Part shown: positions 34,166 to 46,011 of the stretch, piece by piece
Numbering within the stretch: position 1 is the first letter of the stretch
Layout: every line of letters begins with the position of its first letter
IMG/VR virus record: IMGVR_UViG_3300042196_000418
Source of the DNA: a virus
Lineage: Duplodnaviria; Caudoviricetes
Length of the DNA stretch: 64,000 bases
Reading direction: 5' to 3' (one strand)
The notes under the pieces: model-generated
The model's database searches: none
What the model was told of the DNA's origin: nothing
The model's input: the letters and a program-made list of their open reading frames with translations, nothing else
Program-made: the position numbers and the translations under genes

Positions 34166-34678
34166 TCACCAGCGCTCTCCAAACAGGTCGAGCTGCGTCG
34201 CTGCCGAGGAAGCACACTCTGGTTCTAAGCTGCCGTTACCCCGGACGTGGACCACCGCGGCACCAGAACGTGCGAGGACGGGCGCGATAAGAAGACGGCG
34301 ATGACAGCGTGACGGATCTTCCTCGGCGCAGAGAATCACGGTCTGCCGGCACCGCGCGATCGCAACAAGGTTTGCGATTCCCTCCGCGAAATCAGGAGCC
34401 AACGCACGGCGATCGTAATCGACGGTACCGTCCTGCCGATAGAACGTCCGATCGTCAGGACGACCGCCGAGCTGCCGGCCCAAGAAGACATAGGCGACTT
34501 GCTCGCCGAGCAAACGCGCCAACTCAGCTTTGTCGAAGTGCGGTGCCCACTTCGAGTGAGGCTGCGATCGAACATCAACGAGCTGCTCGATCGCGTGTGT
34601 ACGCAGGAGTGCTAGGAAATGCTCGGCCGTGTGCCTCGAATGCCCGATGGTAAAAATCGTGTTTTCGGGCATGGGCAA
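34166..34678 (-). CDS. DUF488 family protein
   Basis: IFTIGHS, LVDVRSQP, LGGR and CAEEDPSRCHR. Confidence 0.9.
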   Translation of the reverse strand: MPMPENTIFTIGHSRHTAEHFLALLRTHAIEQLVDVRSQPHSKWAPHFDKAELARLLGEQVAYVFLGRQLGGRPDDRTFYRQDGTVDYDRRALAPDFAEGIANLVAIARCRQTVILCAEEDPSRCHRRLLIAPVLARSGAAVVHVRGNGSLEPECASSAATQLDLFGERW

Positions 34679-35254
34679 CGATATCTTCCTTCAGAGTACA
34701 AGAGCGGCGATCTGAGCGCGAAGGTTCCGCAGCGCGGGCCCTGGCGGTCCATTAAACCACACGTCGTCCTTACCGCGCTCCATGCTCTTGTTGCTATCGA
34801 ACTGCGTAACCACGCCGAGCGACCGTGCACGATCGAGCAGGGCCGTCGCGCGCTCGATGTCGATATCACCACCGAACCGGTAGCCAACAACGCGTGACAG
34901 CGACGGCTTGTGGGACGGGCGACGCTTCATATCGATTCCTTGAGCTTGTAGAGCTTGGCGGCCAAGAAAGCTGGATTGGGCGAAACGCCGAGCTCGCAGT
35001 GGATGCAGCGGACGCGCTCCGGCGCAAACGGCGGCTTCTCACCGTTCAACACACGCGCGGTCCTCGGGCCCAGTGCTGGGATCGAGCGAAAGGCGAGATG
35101 TCCGCATTCGAGCGTCAGCATCCACGCCTCCCCACCATGTACTCCGGTCTGTGTCTCGATGAACCGGACCTCGCGCCACGGCGCGGTCGATGCAGTTCGA
35201 GACTTCGGCGGAAGGCCGACCGATCGCCGCTTCGTACCCATTACGTTAGCCTCT

Positions 35255-35893
35255 TCACGGTACCATCTCCGTCGCGAGCGCGTGTTGCGCCCAGAAGGTC
35301 TGGGCCTCCTCAAGCTGCTTCCACAACTGAGTCAACTTCGCGTCGGTAGCGTCCACTGTCCCAGCGATCGCGGTGATCTGCGCGGAAAGGTCGCCCGGCT
35401 CCTTCGGCGACGCAGGCGTGTCGAGCGCTGCAACACCATATGCGGTGTAGAGGATGCACGGATGCTTGATCGTCTTCGACCCCGCGCAATGCACGCAAGT
35501 CACATTTCCCTCCCCGTTGCAGGTGGAACACGCCTCTTGGTGCGGACCCGCAATCATGCGCACGAAACGCGTCGGCCTCTTCGGCCGTGTGACGAGTCGC
35601 GAGACCCATGCGCGATCACCGCGCTGCGCGTAGTAGACGTCGGCTTCGGGGACAGGCGGATCGCCCGCGCTTGGCCCGTAAAGCTCATTCGTTGCCGTCC
35701 CGAGATAGTCAGGAAGCTCGAACGTATGAACGAAGACCCGTGCGTTCCGCGGCAACGTTGCGCAACCTCGTTCGTTGAGGGTCTCGTAATTCCCCGTGCG
35801 CGCACGAAACACCGCACGCCCTTCAGCGAAGATGTGGTCCCATTGCTCGTCCGTGAACACGTGATCCACATGCGAAAACTTGTGTAGAAGCAT
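35255..35893 (-). CDS. Hypothetical protein with DnaJ-type zinc finger
   Basis: CSTCNGEG...CVHCAGS. Confidence 0.55.
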   Translation of the reverse strand: MLLHKFSHVDHVFTDEQWDHIFAEGRAVFRARTGNYETLNERGCATLPRNARVFVHTFELPDYLGTATNELYGPSAGDPPVPEADVYYAQRGDRAWVSRLVTRPKRPTRFVRMIAGPHQEACSTCNGEGNVTCVHCAGSKTIKHPCILYTAYGVAALDTPASPKEPGDLSAQITAIAGTVDATDAKLTQLWKQLEEAQTFWAQHALATEMVP

Positions 35894-35895
35894 CC

Positions 35896-36492
35896 CTACG
35901 TTTGCCTCTTGGTCAGTCCATCATCGTTTGATGGCAGTGCTCCCCAGGTCTCGCCGTGCTGTACGTCGACGCACAACGGGATCTTTCCAAACTCGCAGGG
36001 CTCATCCAGCGTGGAAATCATCTCCCGTTCCATCGCGCGCAGCGCGCCCAGGTCGGAATCCGGCGCGTCTTCGATCCCGAGCTGGATCGTGAACGCGACA
36101 GCAGCGACCGTCAGATCCCTCGGAACGATCCTTTGCGCGACGCGTATCGCGGCGGACTCCGAGGCGACCAGCTGCGGAAGCGCGTAACGACGAGCCGCAC
36201 GCGCCAGGTCGCTGAGGACGCACGACATGTCATGGGTCATCACCAGCCGCAACGTCATGGCACCCCACTCGTCGTGCCACGTCCCCAGCTTGGAGATCAC
36301 GGCACGTTCCAGCTCGTGGGCCTCATCCGAGGAGCGGCCCGCCTCGATCGCGAGCTGGATCGTGAACGCAACTGCTGCTTCGATGAGGTGTTTGGGAACA
36401 CCCGTCTCGTTGGACGGCGTGTACCGGTAAGCGGCGCTCTTCAGCGCTTCGAGAGCCTCCCAGAGATCGTTGGTCATGAGGACGAGCTTCAC
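35896..36492 (-). CDS. Hypothetical protein with internal tandem domain duplication
   Basis: MTND/MTHD...AAYRY/AARRY...AAVAFTIQL occurs twice. Confidence 0.65.
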   Translation of the reverse strand: MKLVLMTNDLWEALEALKSAAYRYTPSNETGVPKHLIEAAVAFTIQLAIEAGRSSDEAHELERAVISKLGTWHDEWGAMTLRLVMTHDMSCVLSDLARAARRYALPQLVASESAAIRVAQRIVPRDLTVAAVAFTIQLGIEDAPDSDLGALRAMEREMISTLDEPCEFGKIPLCVDVQHGETWGALPSNDDGLTKRQT

Positions 36493-36865
36493 GCTGGATC
36501 CCTCCTGTGTGGACGCATGTTGAAGTAGCGGTGCGCGAAATCGCGAAGAGCGAGCGGTTCGCTCCACGCTCCGGGAGCAGACATCGCGCACCGCTCACAC
36601 TCCCTCACGCACCATTTGTTCATGTGCTCCGCCGAGGTCGCACCAACCGGCTTTGCGTGCCCACCCTCGTACGTCCCAGGATCAACCGGAGCGTCGCCTA
36701 GCTCGTCATCGGAGAGCCATGCGAAGTCATCCGGATCGGAGCCGTCGCCGACCATGACGTGCGGCCTCGTGTTGGTGCCCCACGCCTTATCGCAGCGACC
36801 GTCACACGCGACCTTGGCGAGCTGGTCGCCAAAGTCGACGAAATTCTCGAACCTGCGTGGACCGC

Positions 36866-38074
36866 TCACTCGGGCCTTTTTCCGATCACCTCGACCTCGT
36901 CGAAGTCTAGTTCACGGTTGATGAGATACACGGGATCCTCGTAGTCACCCTTGTAGTCGAGGATCGAGACGATCGTGCACGCACGCACGCGGAGGAAGTC
37001 GTTGACCTCCTCCTGAGTGAAGCAGTCGCGTTGACCCTTGATCGCCTCCGCGAGCGTCTTGCGGCGCTTCTCGTAGGCCGCGTGATCGGCAACGTAGATG
37101 CCGCGAGCGTCCTTCGGCGTCACCTTGACGAGCTGGTTCTCGCACGATCCACGCGAGTGGCCTGGAACGCGCCAGCCCTCGGCGCCGATCACGCCACACC
37201 AGAGGAACCCGTCATAGGCCACCTCGGGAAGATCAGGTCCGCTCTTGATGTAGGTCGGCGCCAGCCGCTGACCCGAGCCGTCCATGCCGTAGCGATCGGC
37301 CAACTGCAACTCGTCCAGACACTTCTTCCCCAGCTCGATGCGCCGCGCGTCGCGTGGCTCGCCGTATGCGAAGAAAGGTCCGATCCCCGACGGAAACGGG
37401 ATCGGAGCCGGCTCTGCGCATACATCGGGAATTACTTCCACGAGAGGAAACTCTTCGATGTATGCGAGGACACCCTGAAGGTGCGTGCGTACTTCGTTCA
37501 TAACCTCCGCCGTGTCGTAGGACTTGGGTTCGTCGCCCTCAGGGCCGTACTCGCGTCCGTCCTGGTCCCACTCCAAACTGCTGGCCCGCTGCCCACGATA
37601 AGAACGCTGCCCCGAGTATTTGACGCACACGCGCGGTTCGTTGTTGAGCCGCGCGTTGGGACGCGTCCACCAGGTAGCGCGATCTCCTTCCCAGTTATCG
37701 CCGACGTAGACGTAGAAGGTGGGTCCCGAGTCGTCCTCGTACACGGTCAGCGATCGCGTACCGAAGCGAACGTCGTGGACCGCCGCCGTATCGTTCCACC
37801 GCCCTCCGGCTAGCTGACCTTGCGGACGTCCAAAGTGGATCATGATGTCGTGATGGCCAAGATCGATGGCGTTCTGGTCGCTCGTAACGCTCTCGACGTA
37901 TCGGAGCTTCTGGGCCCCGCTGCCGTAGTCGTAGAAGACGACGGACAAACCAGGGACCTTCCAGTCGCGTGCATGGAGGGCACGGACGATCTGCTCGGAC
38001 ACCTCGTCAAACGGGAACTGACGGCTCTTGGGGTAGAGAAACTGCATCGAGAGTAGGGCTCCTGGTTGATTCAC
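36866..38074 (-). CDS. Hypothetical protein (402 aa), operon head
   Basis: Long clean ORF downstream of the palindrome/sigma54-like promoter. Confidence 0.75.
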   Translation of the reverse strand: MNQPGALLSMQFLYPKSRQFPFDEVSEQIVRALHARDWKVPGLSVVFYDYGSGAQKLRYVESVTSDQNAIDLGHHDIMIHFGRPQGQLAGGRWNDTAAVHDVRFGTRSLTVYEDDSGPTFYVYVGDNWEGDRATWWTRPNARLNNEPRVCVKYSGQRSYRGQRASSLEWDQDGREYGPEGDEPKSYDTAEVMNEVRTHLQGVLAYIEEFPLVEVIPDVCAEPAPIPFPSGIGPFFAYGEPRDARRIELGKKCLDELQLADRYGMDGSGQRLAPTYIKSGPDLPEVAYDGFLWCGVIGAEGWRVPGHSRGSCENQLVKVTPKDARGIYVADHAAYEKRRKTLAEAIKGQRDCFTQEEVNDFLRVRACTIVSILDYKGDYEDPVYLINRELDFDEVEVIGKRPE

Positions 38075-38087
38075 GGTGGACTGCTAT

Positions 38088-38209
38088 TGCGCTCCGCGTG
38101 CCGAGACCGGCACGTGCAACACCGCGATCATAGTGCCTGGGTGTCGCAGTACCTGGCTCGGAACGAACACGCTGGCCGTGACGCTCGAGAGACGGGTATG
38201 CAGGTACCC
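38088..38209 (-). promoter_or_regulatory. Sigma54-like box plus palindrome pair
   Basis: cGGCACGcggagcGCa (38103-38088); palindromes at 38139-38154 and 38194-38209, 55 bp apart. Confidence 0.7.
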
Positions 38210-38497
38210 AGGACCATCAGCGCTTGAAGTCCGTGCGCGCCGCGAGTTGCGGAAGCTGGCTCCGACGAATCCGATAGACCTGGCAGCCGCTTGCATCGAC
38301 TGTCCATGCGTCGCCGGTGCCGAAGTAATCGTGGAAGAGCTTGGACGGCACGGTGCCCAGAACCGCCTGAATCAGCACGCAACCAACCTTGCGGTGTTTG
38401 ACGTCGTAGGCAATCCGATACTCTGGATCGTCCTCGGGATCGGCGAAGTCTTTCGGTGACGTCGGTGCAGAAGACACTTTGTTCTTGGTAGACATCC

Positions 38498-39055
38498 CTA
38501 TTCCTTTACGGCGGGCGGAGTGCCGGCTGCCGCGCGCGCTGCAACCTTCGGCAGCTTCGACACTGTAATTTCGGAGGCGCGTGTGAGCTGATCTTGAGTC
38601 ACGCCGACGGCGACGAGCGCTTGGAGGAATGTCTGCCGTCCCGCTTCGAAGTCGGCGAAGGCTTCCTCGCTCAATGCGTTGAACTCAGCCTTCAGCGTAT
38701 CGATATTGGCGTTGGTCTCCTTGGCCATCGCGTCGATAGCGTCGTTGGTCTCCTTGGCCATCGCGTCGATGTCGTCTTTGAGCATCATCTCGGCGATCGG
38801 CGCAAGCAAATCAACGCGGTGATCGTGTAACCAGAGCAGCAGATCCTTCAAGTCGACGAGCGTCGAGTTGTGGCCGCCTTCGTTTGTCGCTTCGAGCACG
38901 AAACGTCGTTCTCCGCCAACATCGACGATCTTGTCGTCGGCGATCTGCACCTCGTTGAGGTACACGAGGTAGCTCTCCGCGTACTCGCGCACACCGAGGG
39001 TCACGCCATCGCGAACAAATGTCATCGGGACACCTTCTCGCTGTCGCCGGTTCAT
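38498..39055 (-). CDS. Hypothetical protein with 33-bp tandem repeat
   Basis: IDAMAKETN x2 (38710-38770). Confidence 0.6.
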   Translation of the reverse strand: MNRRQREGVPMTFVRDGVTLGVREYAESYLVYLNEVQIADDKIVDVGGERRFVLEATNEGGHNSTLVDLKDLLLWLHDHRVDLLAPIAEMMLKDDIDAMAKETNDAIDAMAKETNANIDTLKAEFNALSEEAFADFEAGRQTFLQALVAVGVTQDQLTRASEITVSKLPKVAARAAAGTPPAVKE

Positions 39056-41688
39056 GCTGCCGCCTCCAGCAGCTCGACGTCACGAGGCCGCAGCTGCCGC
39101 AGCCATTCGAGGACCGCGGCCCAGCTGCGACGTGGCTCGAGCGCGCCATCCCCGAAGTCGACACACCACTGACCGTCCGTGGTGCGAAGCACCTCGTACG
39201 TGCGATTGGTCCACGTCATGCCAGGCCCCGTCTGGATCTGGCAGGTGATCAACGCACGACTTTGCGGTTCGCGAAGTGCCTCGATGGTCGCGTAGTCAGC
39301 TCTCTCGTACGTAGTCATTTGCGGTACCTCCCCTTCGCCTCTGGTAGCAGCTTCGTCGACCACTGCTCGATCGCGTGCGTGGCATCGTCGAACGTCGCAC
39401 GCGGATCTAGTACCCAACGCCAGTATGGGAGCTCGGTGGAATGCGGCGTCGCCTCGACATAGCTCTCGGCCCAGCGACCACCGACCCAGCGCCGGTAGAA
39501 CCGGAAGCGCCAGAGGCCCAGGACATCGAGCAGCCGCTGGAGGCGCGTCACGGTTTCCTCTTGGAAACGACGTCGTCCACAACACGACGAATCTCACGTC
39601 GCAAAAACGTCTCGACGCTCGCCGGTACGTGCTCGCCGGCCGCAACGCGGAAACGATTCGCATGGTACCCACGCGACAAGTGCCGGCCGCGCCGTGTACC
39701 GCTCCAGCAGCGCGTGCCGACCTCGGCGCCGCACTGGGGACAGGCGACGGAGAGGGCGTCGGTCTTCGCCGTCGCATCCATCACAGCTTGACCTCCGAGG
39801 CGATGATCACCTCACCATCCGCGAAATGGTACCAGCCGCGGCCGTGACGCCCGGCATGGTCCACGAGGGCGGACAGCGCGCAGCTGATCGCGTAGTAGTA
39901 GAGCTTCATCTCGGCCCGCGATATCTGCGTCATTCGTCGGGCTCCGCGAGCCAGCGCAGGTATGACCGGTAGATAGACCGACCGTCAGGGCACATCGCAG
40001 AGAGCACGCCATCCGGGACCGACAGTCGCAGCTCCTTGACCTGGGCGACGCGAACGTTCTCGGGATCGGTAGCTTTGCACTGCGAACAGTTCCCGAAGTG
40101 CCGAGAGACGTCATCGTGGATCCACGAGCCCTTCGTCACGAGCCGGCCTTCTTCCGAACGACAACCTCATCCGTGATGTCCTTGCCGCAGCTCTCGCAGA
40201 TCCACGCTTCTAGAGGTGCGCCATGCAGGCGGCCGTGCCCTAAGCGCGTAGGTCCGAGGTGCTTGCCATAGGAGCATGCTCGAATGGCCGGTGCGACGAC
40301 GGCGAACGTGAACTCCGGGTGCTGCCGCAAGCAGTCGGGTCCGATCGGCAAGAGCGTGGGAGCGCGAGAACCGTCGGGCCACGTCTGAAAGTCGCGCCAC
40401 TCATCGGCCAAAAGGTCAACGTCCGCAGCCACGAGCCACCACTCACCGTCGTTGGTGCGCGCCGTGCGCAGTCGAACCGCGTCCGGCCGCACGGGCCGCG
40501 CGCAGTACGCGCACAGCGCCTCGTCGTAGACGCCCATCCCGGCATCCATCCCGCCAAAGCGCTTGCACCAGCGATCGGACTGTACGAACACGAGCCGCTG
40601 CGTCACGGCAGATCGCTGTGTCACGGCAGGACCTTCGGCGCGTGTTTGCTCATGTATTCGAAGACCCTTCGTACTTCGGCTTTCGTCAGGCCATCCTCCA
40701 TCGCCACGGAGGACCAGTCCCCTGCGGTAGGGTCGTATCTCCATGCCGTGATGAAGAGACGCCACCGATCCGAGTCGCCGATGTCGCTGATCTGCGCAGT
40801 AATGGCGAGCGGAACGTGATCCTCGTAGGAATCGATACGAACGCCGGGTGGTGGTGGATGCACAGCGGTCATGGCAGTGCCTCCAGCGCCAGCTTCAACC
40901 GGTCACGAATCGTAGGCATTGGGCCCGCAGCGTCAGGCGCTGTCGTGTGCGCGGCCACCGTGGCTAGCTGTGCGGCGACAAGTCCGCAAAGTGCGTGAAC
41001 ATCATCCTCGTAGAGCTCGACGAGAACTTGCTTGCGATCGTTGCCTTCCTTGCGCCACGCGGCATCCATCGCGTCGGTCCAGGTGGCGACGAGCGTGATC
41101 TCGATCGTGGGCCGTGCCTCGCCGTCCACGATCGTCGCTCCGATCAAGGCCCTCGACCACGCCATGGCCGTGTGGTCGAACAGGTATACGAGGTCGACGC
41201 CGATCGCGATGCCGCGGGGCAATACGATCGTCACCGAGTTCCGATCGATCCGGATCTCGCTGGCCTGATACACGGCCCACGCACCGCTGTCGCGAACCTC
41301 GTAGCCAGGCTGCCCCCGCTTTTCCGGATGCTGGAGCAGAACGACTTCCAGCTCGGCAGCGTCACGCGCGCGGGACGCCACGTTGTGCGCCTCGAAGCGC
41401 GCACGGATCTCGGAACGAAAGCTCTCGGCAACGACTTCGTCGGACCATTGAAGTAGCGAGGCTTCGGTCATGACTGCCTCCACGCGTCAAAGCGCTTGAG
41501 CACGAGACGCGCGAGTGCCTGTCCTAGGATGATGACCATCACGAGGACACCGCCCTCCCATAGGCCGCGGTCGTAGTCCGCATGGTCCGCGAGCAACCAC
41601 TCGAGGCACCAATAGGTACAGGACGCGCTCAGGCTAATTGCGATGCCGAGCATGAACGGCAGGACGAAGCTTCGAAGTACACCACGCA

Positions 41689-42297
41689 TCAGGAGAGCCC
41701 CTTCCCATTAGAACCACCGTGAATCGCGCACCCTGCGTCACGACAGCCGCCTGCCTCGGACAGGATCGCGCTCGCGAGCTTACTGGCCAGTGCGGCGCTC
41801 TCGTCGGAGACGTAGGACAGCTCGTGGTAGCCGCTCACCGAGTAGCCGATGAGCTGCGCGAGCTGCTCCTCATCTTCCTGCGGGAAGTCTTGCGTACCGG
41901 TCCAGTTCAGACCGCCGTCGGAACGCGCTGGGAAGTCGGGATACACCCTGCCGCGTTCGGTATCACGATCGAGGAGTGCGTCCACGATCGTGTTCTTGCG
42001 GAAGCGGATGGTACCGCGTGCGTCCACGTGGACGGGCTGCATGGGATGCGGATCATAGCCCTTCAGTTTCTTCCCGCCGCCGAGCAGCGGAAGCGTGGGC
42101 CGCGTGACGCGGAGACCGAGAAGCTGTGCGAACTGCATGTGATCTTCGGGCGGAGCGTCGAACTTCACGATCTGACCAAGAGCGCCGCCATCGCGGTCGA
42201 ACAAGGCTCGAACGATCGCGTTCGCGCGGAAGCGAACCACGCCGTGCTCGTCTTGGATGACAGGCTGCATGGGATGGGATGGCAGCTCTTTCTTCAC
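41689..42297 (-). CDS. Hypothetical protein with duplicated HPMQPV domain
   Basis: HPMQPV...RFR.N.IV.AL.DRD...AQL.G occurs twice. Confidence 0.7.
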   Translation of the reverse strand: MKKELPSHPMQPVIQDEHGVVRFRANAIVRALFDRDGGALGQIVKFDAPPEDHMQFAQLLGLRVTRPTLPLLGGGKKLKGYDPHPMQPVHVDARGTIRFRKNTIVDALLDRDTERGRVYPDFPARSDGGLNWTGTQDFPQEDEEQLAQLIGYSVSGYHELSYVSDESAALASKLASAILSEAGGCRDAGCAIHGGSNGKGLS

Positions 42298-42707
42298 GAG
42301 GATTTTCTCCCCCAGCGCTTGAGGCGCTTGGGGCGCGGCGCCATCTTGACGAGTCCGTGCCGCTGGAGCAGCCGACGAAAGTTCGAACGATCGACACCGG
42401 CCAAGAGCGCAGCATCCACCGCCGATCCCTTCGCGGACTCCATCGCGCGCACGAGATAGTTGCGCTCGAACGCGGTCGTTGCCAAGCGCTTCGCTTCGGT
42501 GAGCGGCATCAAGGTCCAGTCGACGATCAGTTCGAGCTGACGTGCATCAACCGCGATCGGCAGGCTCCAGTGCTGCTGTGCACCGCGCCAGCGGCAAATT
42601 CGAAGTTGCCCGGAGCTCTTGGAGGTGCCGACCACGATCGCAGCACCCTTGGAAGAGGTGCGCATACGATCGTAGACGATCTGGCCGATCAAAAGGCTGG
42701 TCTTCAC
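42294..42707 (-). CDS. Fis-type HTH protein lacking an AAA+ domain
   Basis: FERNYLVRAMESAKGSAVDAALLAGVDRSNFRRLLQRHGL. Confidence 0.75.
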   Translation of the reverse strand: MKTSLLIGQIVYDRMRTSSKGAAIVVGTSKSSGQLRICRWRGAQQHWSLPIAVDARQLELIVDWTLMPLTEAKRLATTAFERNYLVRAMESAKGSAVDAALLAGVDRSNFRRLLQRHGLVKMAPRPKRLKRWGRKSS

Positions 42708-43525
42708 GCTGCATCCTCCGTTGCTGGCAGCGCGAGCGGCAGGTCGGGCAAGACCTCAGGCGCATGCTCGGCCAGGAACACACGCCACGATCCTGGCTTC
42801 TTTTCTCCGCCACGCGTGCCCTTGACGCCACAGCCCCACAGTCCCTGGATCTTGGTCAGGCGTGGCCGGGCACGATCCTCCATCGCGACTGCACGGCGTG
42901 CGAGATCTGGGTGCTTCTTCGCGAGCTGGATGAGTTCAGCGGGCTTGAGCGACGGACAAAACCAGCAGCTCGACTTCGGTGGCACTGGCAGGCCCGCGGC
43001 GGCGATCTCCTTCATGCACCGATCACGATCCCAGCCCCACTCACGCAGGGGATAGATCCAGTTCCACGGCCCCTTGGTCTCGACGCCACCACGGCGCGAG
43101 TCGCATGGGCCCGCGTCGTAGCCGATCGCGCGACGGACCTTGCCGCCGGCCTTGATGTGCGCAGCGAAGTAGTCGGCGCAGGCGGCGTCGAGCGGCTCGC
43201 CCTTCCACTTGAGCGAGCACTTCTTGTAGCCGAACGCGAGCGACGGCAGCGTTTGGTTCACGAGGCAATTCTCCTCAAGCGTCGCGTAGTGCCCGTGCTT
43301 GGGCCGCTGCACGACGTACTGCACGTCGGTGATCGTCGGGAAGCCCACCTCGGCGAGCCACTTGTCGATGATCGGACGGTACGCGTAGGTCTCGGGCCAC
43401 TCGTTGCCGACCTGTGCGTGGCCGATCCAATGCGGTCGGATGCCGAGACGCCACCAGCCGACGAGCACTGCGGTCGAATCGACGCCCATGCCGTACGAGA
43501 GAGCCAGTAGATTGCCTGCGCTCAT
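42704..43525 (-). CDS. PAPS-reductase-like PP-loop protein 1
   Basis: SYGMGVDS, CSLKWK, YPLREWGWDR and PPKSSCWFCP. Confidence 0.8.
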   Translation of the reverse strand: MSAGNLLALSYGMGVDSTAVLVGWWRLGIRPHWIGHAQVGNEWPETYAYRPIIDKWLAEVGFPTITDVQYVVQRPKHGHYATLEENCLVNQTLPSLAFGYKKCSLKWKGEPLDAACADYFAAHIKAGGKVRRAIGYDAGPCDSRRGGVETKGPWNWIYPLREWGWDRDRCMKEIAAAGLPVPPKSSCWFCPSLKPAELIQLAKKHPDLARRAVAMEDRARPRLTKIQGLWGCGVKGTRGGEKKPGSWRVFLAEHAPEVLPDLPLALPATEDAA

Positions 43526-46011
43526 CGCGAAACTCCTCTTTCGACGCCCTCGACACCGAGGGCCTTGCGTGCCAGGTCCGCGTCGAGTTGCTTCCCGAGC
43601 ACGATGTAAGGCGCGTGGTAGTAGCGAAGTACCTTGCGCACGAGCGTGTCGTCCCAGTTGTACTGAACTTCGCCTGTAAGCTCCAAGTGCTCGATGTCGA
43701 GCGGTGCGTCGTTCGCAAAGTCGGTCGTGAGCGTTATCCTCGGACCAGCCTGCCCGGCGAAGCAGAGCACAAAAGCTCTCCTATAGGAGAGCGGCTCGAT
43801 CGCCCAATCAAATGAGGGCAGCGTCAGGTCGAAGGTCGGATTTCCCGCCTCGTTGCGAAAGCCGTGTGCGCGATACTGCGCGCCCGTCTTGTCATCAGGG
43901 CCACGATCAGACAGGACCAGGGCGTTCGTATGGGTAAGAACCTTCCCGAAGCCCGTGTCGATAGCAACGTCGAGCAGGTTGGTGATCAAGACGATCCGTT
44001 CCATTACGTCTCCTCGGTGTTCACAGCAATGCAGATTTCGAGATCACCCTGAATGATCGCATCCCCGTGCGACACCGGACTGGACTGACAGCGCTTCGAC
44101 GTGATGGAGCCGTTCAGCGTCTTGAGGCGAAGGACGGTTCCACCCTGCGAACTGTGGATCCAGAGCGTGTTCCCGCCCTCACGAAACTCGATCGCGCCTA
44201 CCGGGATCATGACCGTGTCCCCTTTTCGAACACCGCGTAGCATTCGCTCACGCTTCTTCGTAGCAGCTCGCGTCACGAAGACCTCCCGAACACAGCGAGC
44301 CCGAGACGCGCGTCATTGCGCGAGCAGATGCGCACGTACGGCAGCTGCGGATCGTCCCCGTAGTGCGCGATGAACACCTCGTCGGGCATCGTGTCACCGC
44401 TGAGTCCAAGCACGATCGGCAAGTCGCCGTTGTCAGGGTCGCAACGCTTCAGCTCGTCGAGCTTCTTGATGAGATCGTTAACGGTCATCGTCATGACTTC
44501 TTCTCCACCTCGGGAAACTCGACACTGCTGCGCAGCTCGACACCAGGCTTGCAGTCCTTCGCGAAGCGGCCGAACAGCGTGCGGAACATCGAGAGCGCGA
44601 TCGTTTCCTCTGTAAGTGACAGCTCGCGATCGCCGAGCATGCGTCGCAGCTGGACGCGCGCTCCCTTCTTGGCCAAGCCCATGAACGTGAGCGTTGCGAC
44701 CGGCAGATAGGGCTCGGCGAACTCGACCATGTCCGCCCTCGCGCCAGTCTGGATGGGACGGATCCACAGCGTGTTCTCAATCGTCGACACGCCGAAGCCG
44801 CTATCGTAGGGATGCTGATCTTCCACCGCGATGAAGGTGTACTTCTCGTCGCCAGGAGAACGCCACTCGGGCTTCCACACGACGCGCATGCCGCGCTTAA
44901 TGACGACAGTCTTCACAAGAACCCCTCTCGCAGCGGTGGAAGACCGGCGGACTCGCGCTCGTCGGCGTTCTTGAACGCGTCTTCCCACGTCGGCCCTTCA
45001 CCGATCAATAGTGGACTGCACCGTCGACGATCGGCGTCGGTCCAGAGCATGTAGCCCACCATGCAGCGGTTGAGCACTTTTTTCGCGCGCAGACAGACCT
45101 GTGCCGTCGACCCAAACGCGCCGCGGGATCGCCACCGCTGATTGGCTTCATTCCATGCTTGGTGTTTGGTCACCAGTCACCTCCCGAGATACGCAGGCTG
45201 CCCGTGCTGTCGATAACGTTTTGCTGTTGTGGCCGTCCGTGGTCATCGTGCGACGGCCCGCGCATGAGGCAGAGCGTGTCGCTAGCGACGTACAACGACA
45301 GATCCGGATCGATGCTACGAAGCAGACCGATCGCCTGGCGGAACGCTCGAATCGAGGATGCGCGACTCACGACGTCGATCCCTTCCGTGCAAGAAGCTGT
45401 CGCCAGAACGCCACCCAGCCGCGGCAGCAGCATGCGAGCCGCACGCCGGGCACACCGCGCGCGTAGCCGCACACGGAGCACGTCGTGGTGTGCAAAATCG
45501 CATCGTACGTCACGGCATCACTGCCTTTCGCGAACGACCTGTTGCGTCTAGGCGTCGCCTTGAACTAGGTTTACGCTTCGCAATTGCAATTCGCGATTGT
45601 GTGGATTGTGTGGATTGAAATGTGTCCCACGGCTCGCCCTGGTGGCCCTTGGTCCACGTCTGTCCGCAGCGCCCTTCGAGGCACCGGTACTGCGGACGAC
45701 CGTCCGCGGCCTTGCCGTCGCGGACTGCTGTGCGCTGACCGCAGGCGCCGCAATGCCCTCGCTCTGACTTCACGGTTTGTCTCCCAGCGACGACACATGA
45801 AGTGGGCGTCGAATGAATTGGAGCCGCTCAAACTCGCGAAACGTCAGGGTCTCGCGGCGCATGACAGCGCGTACGAGACCGACCTTCGCCACGACGTTGA
45901 AAGCGATCTCGCCGTTGCCGCCTCCTGAGAACGGAACGATCGCAGTGACGACGAGCTGCCGACCACGTAGGTAATCCTCAAGCTCGTCACCGATCTGAAG
46001 ATCAGCGATCT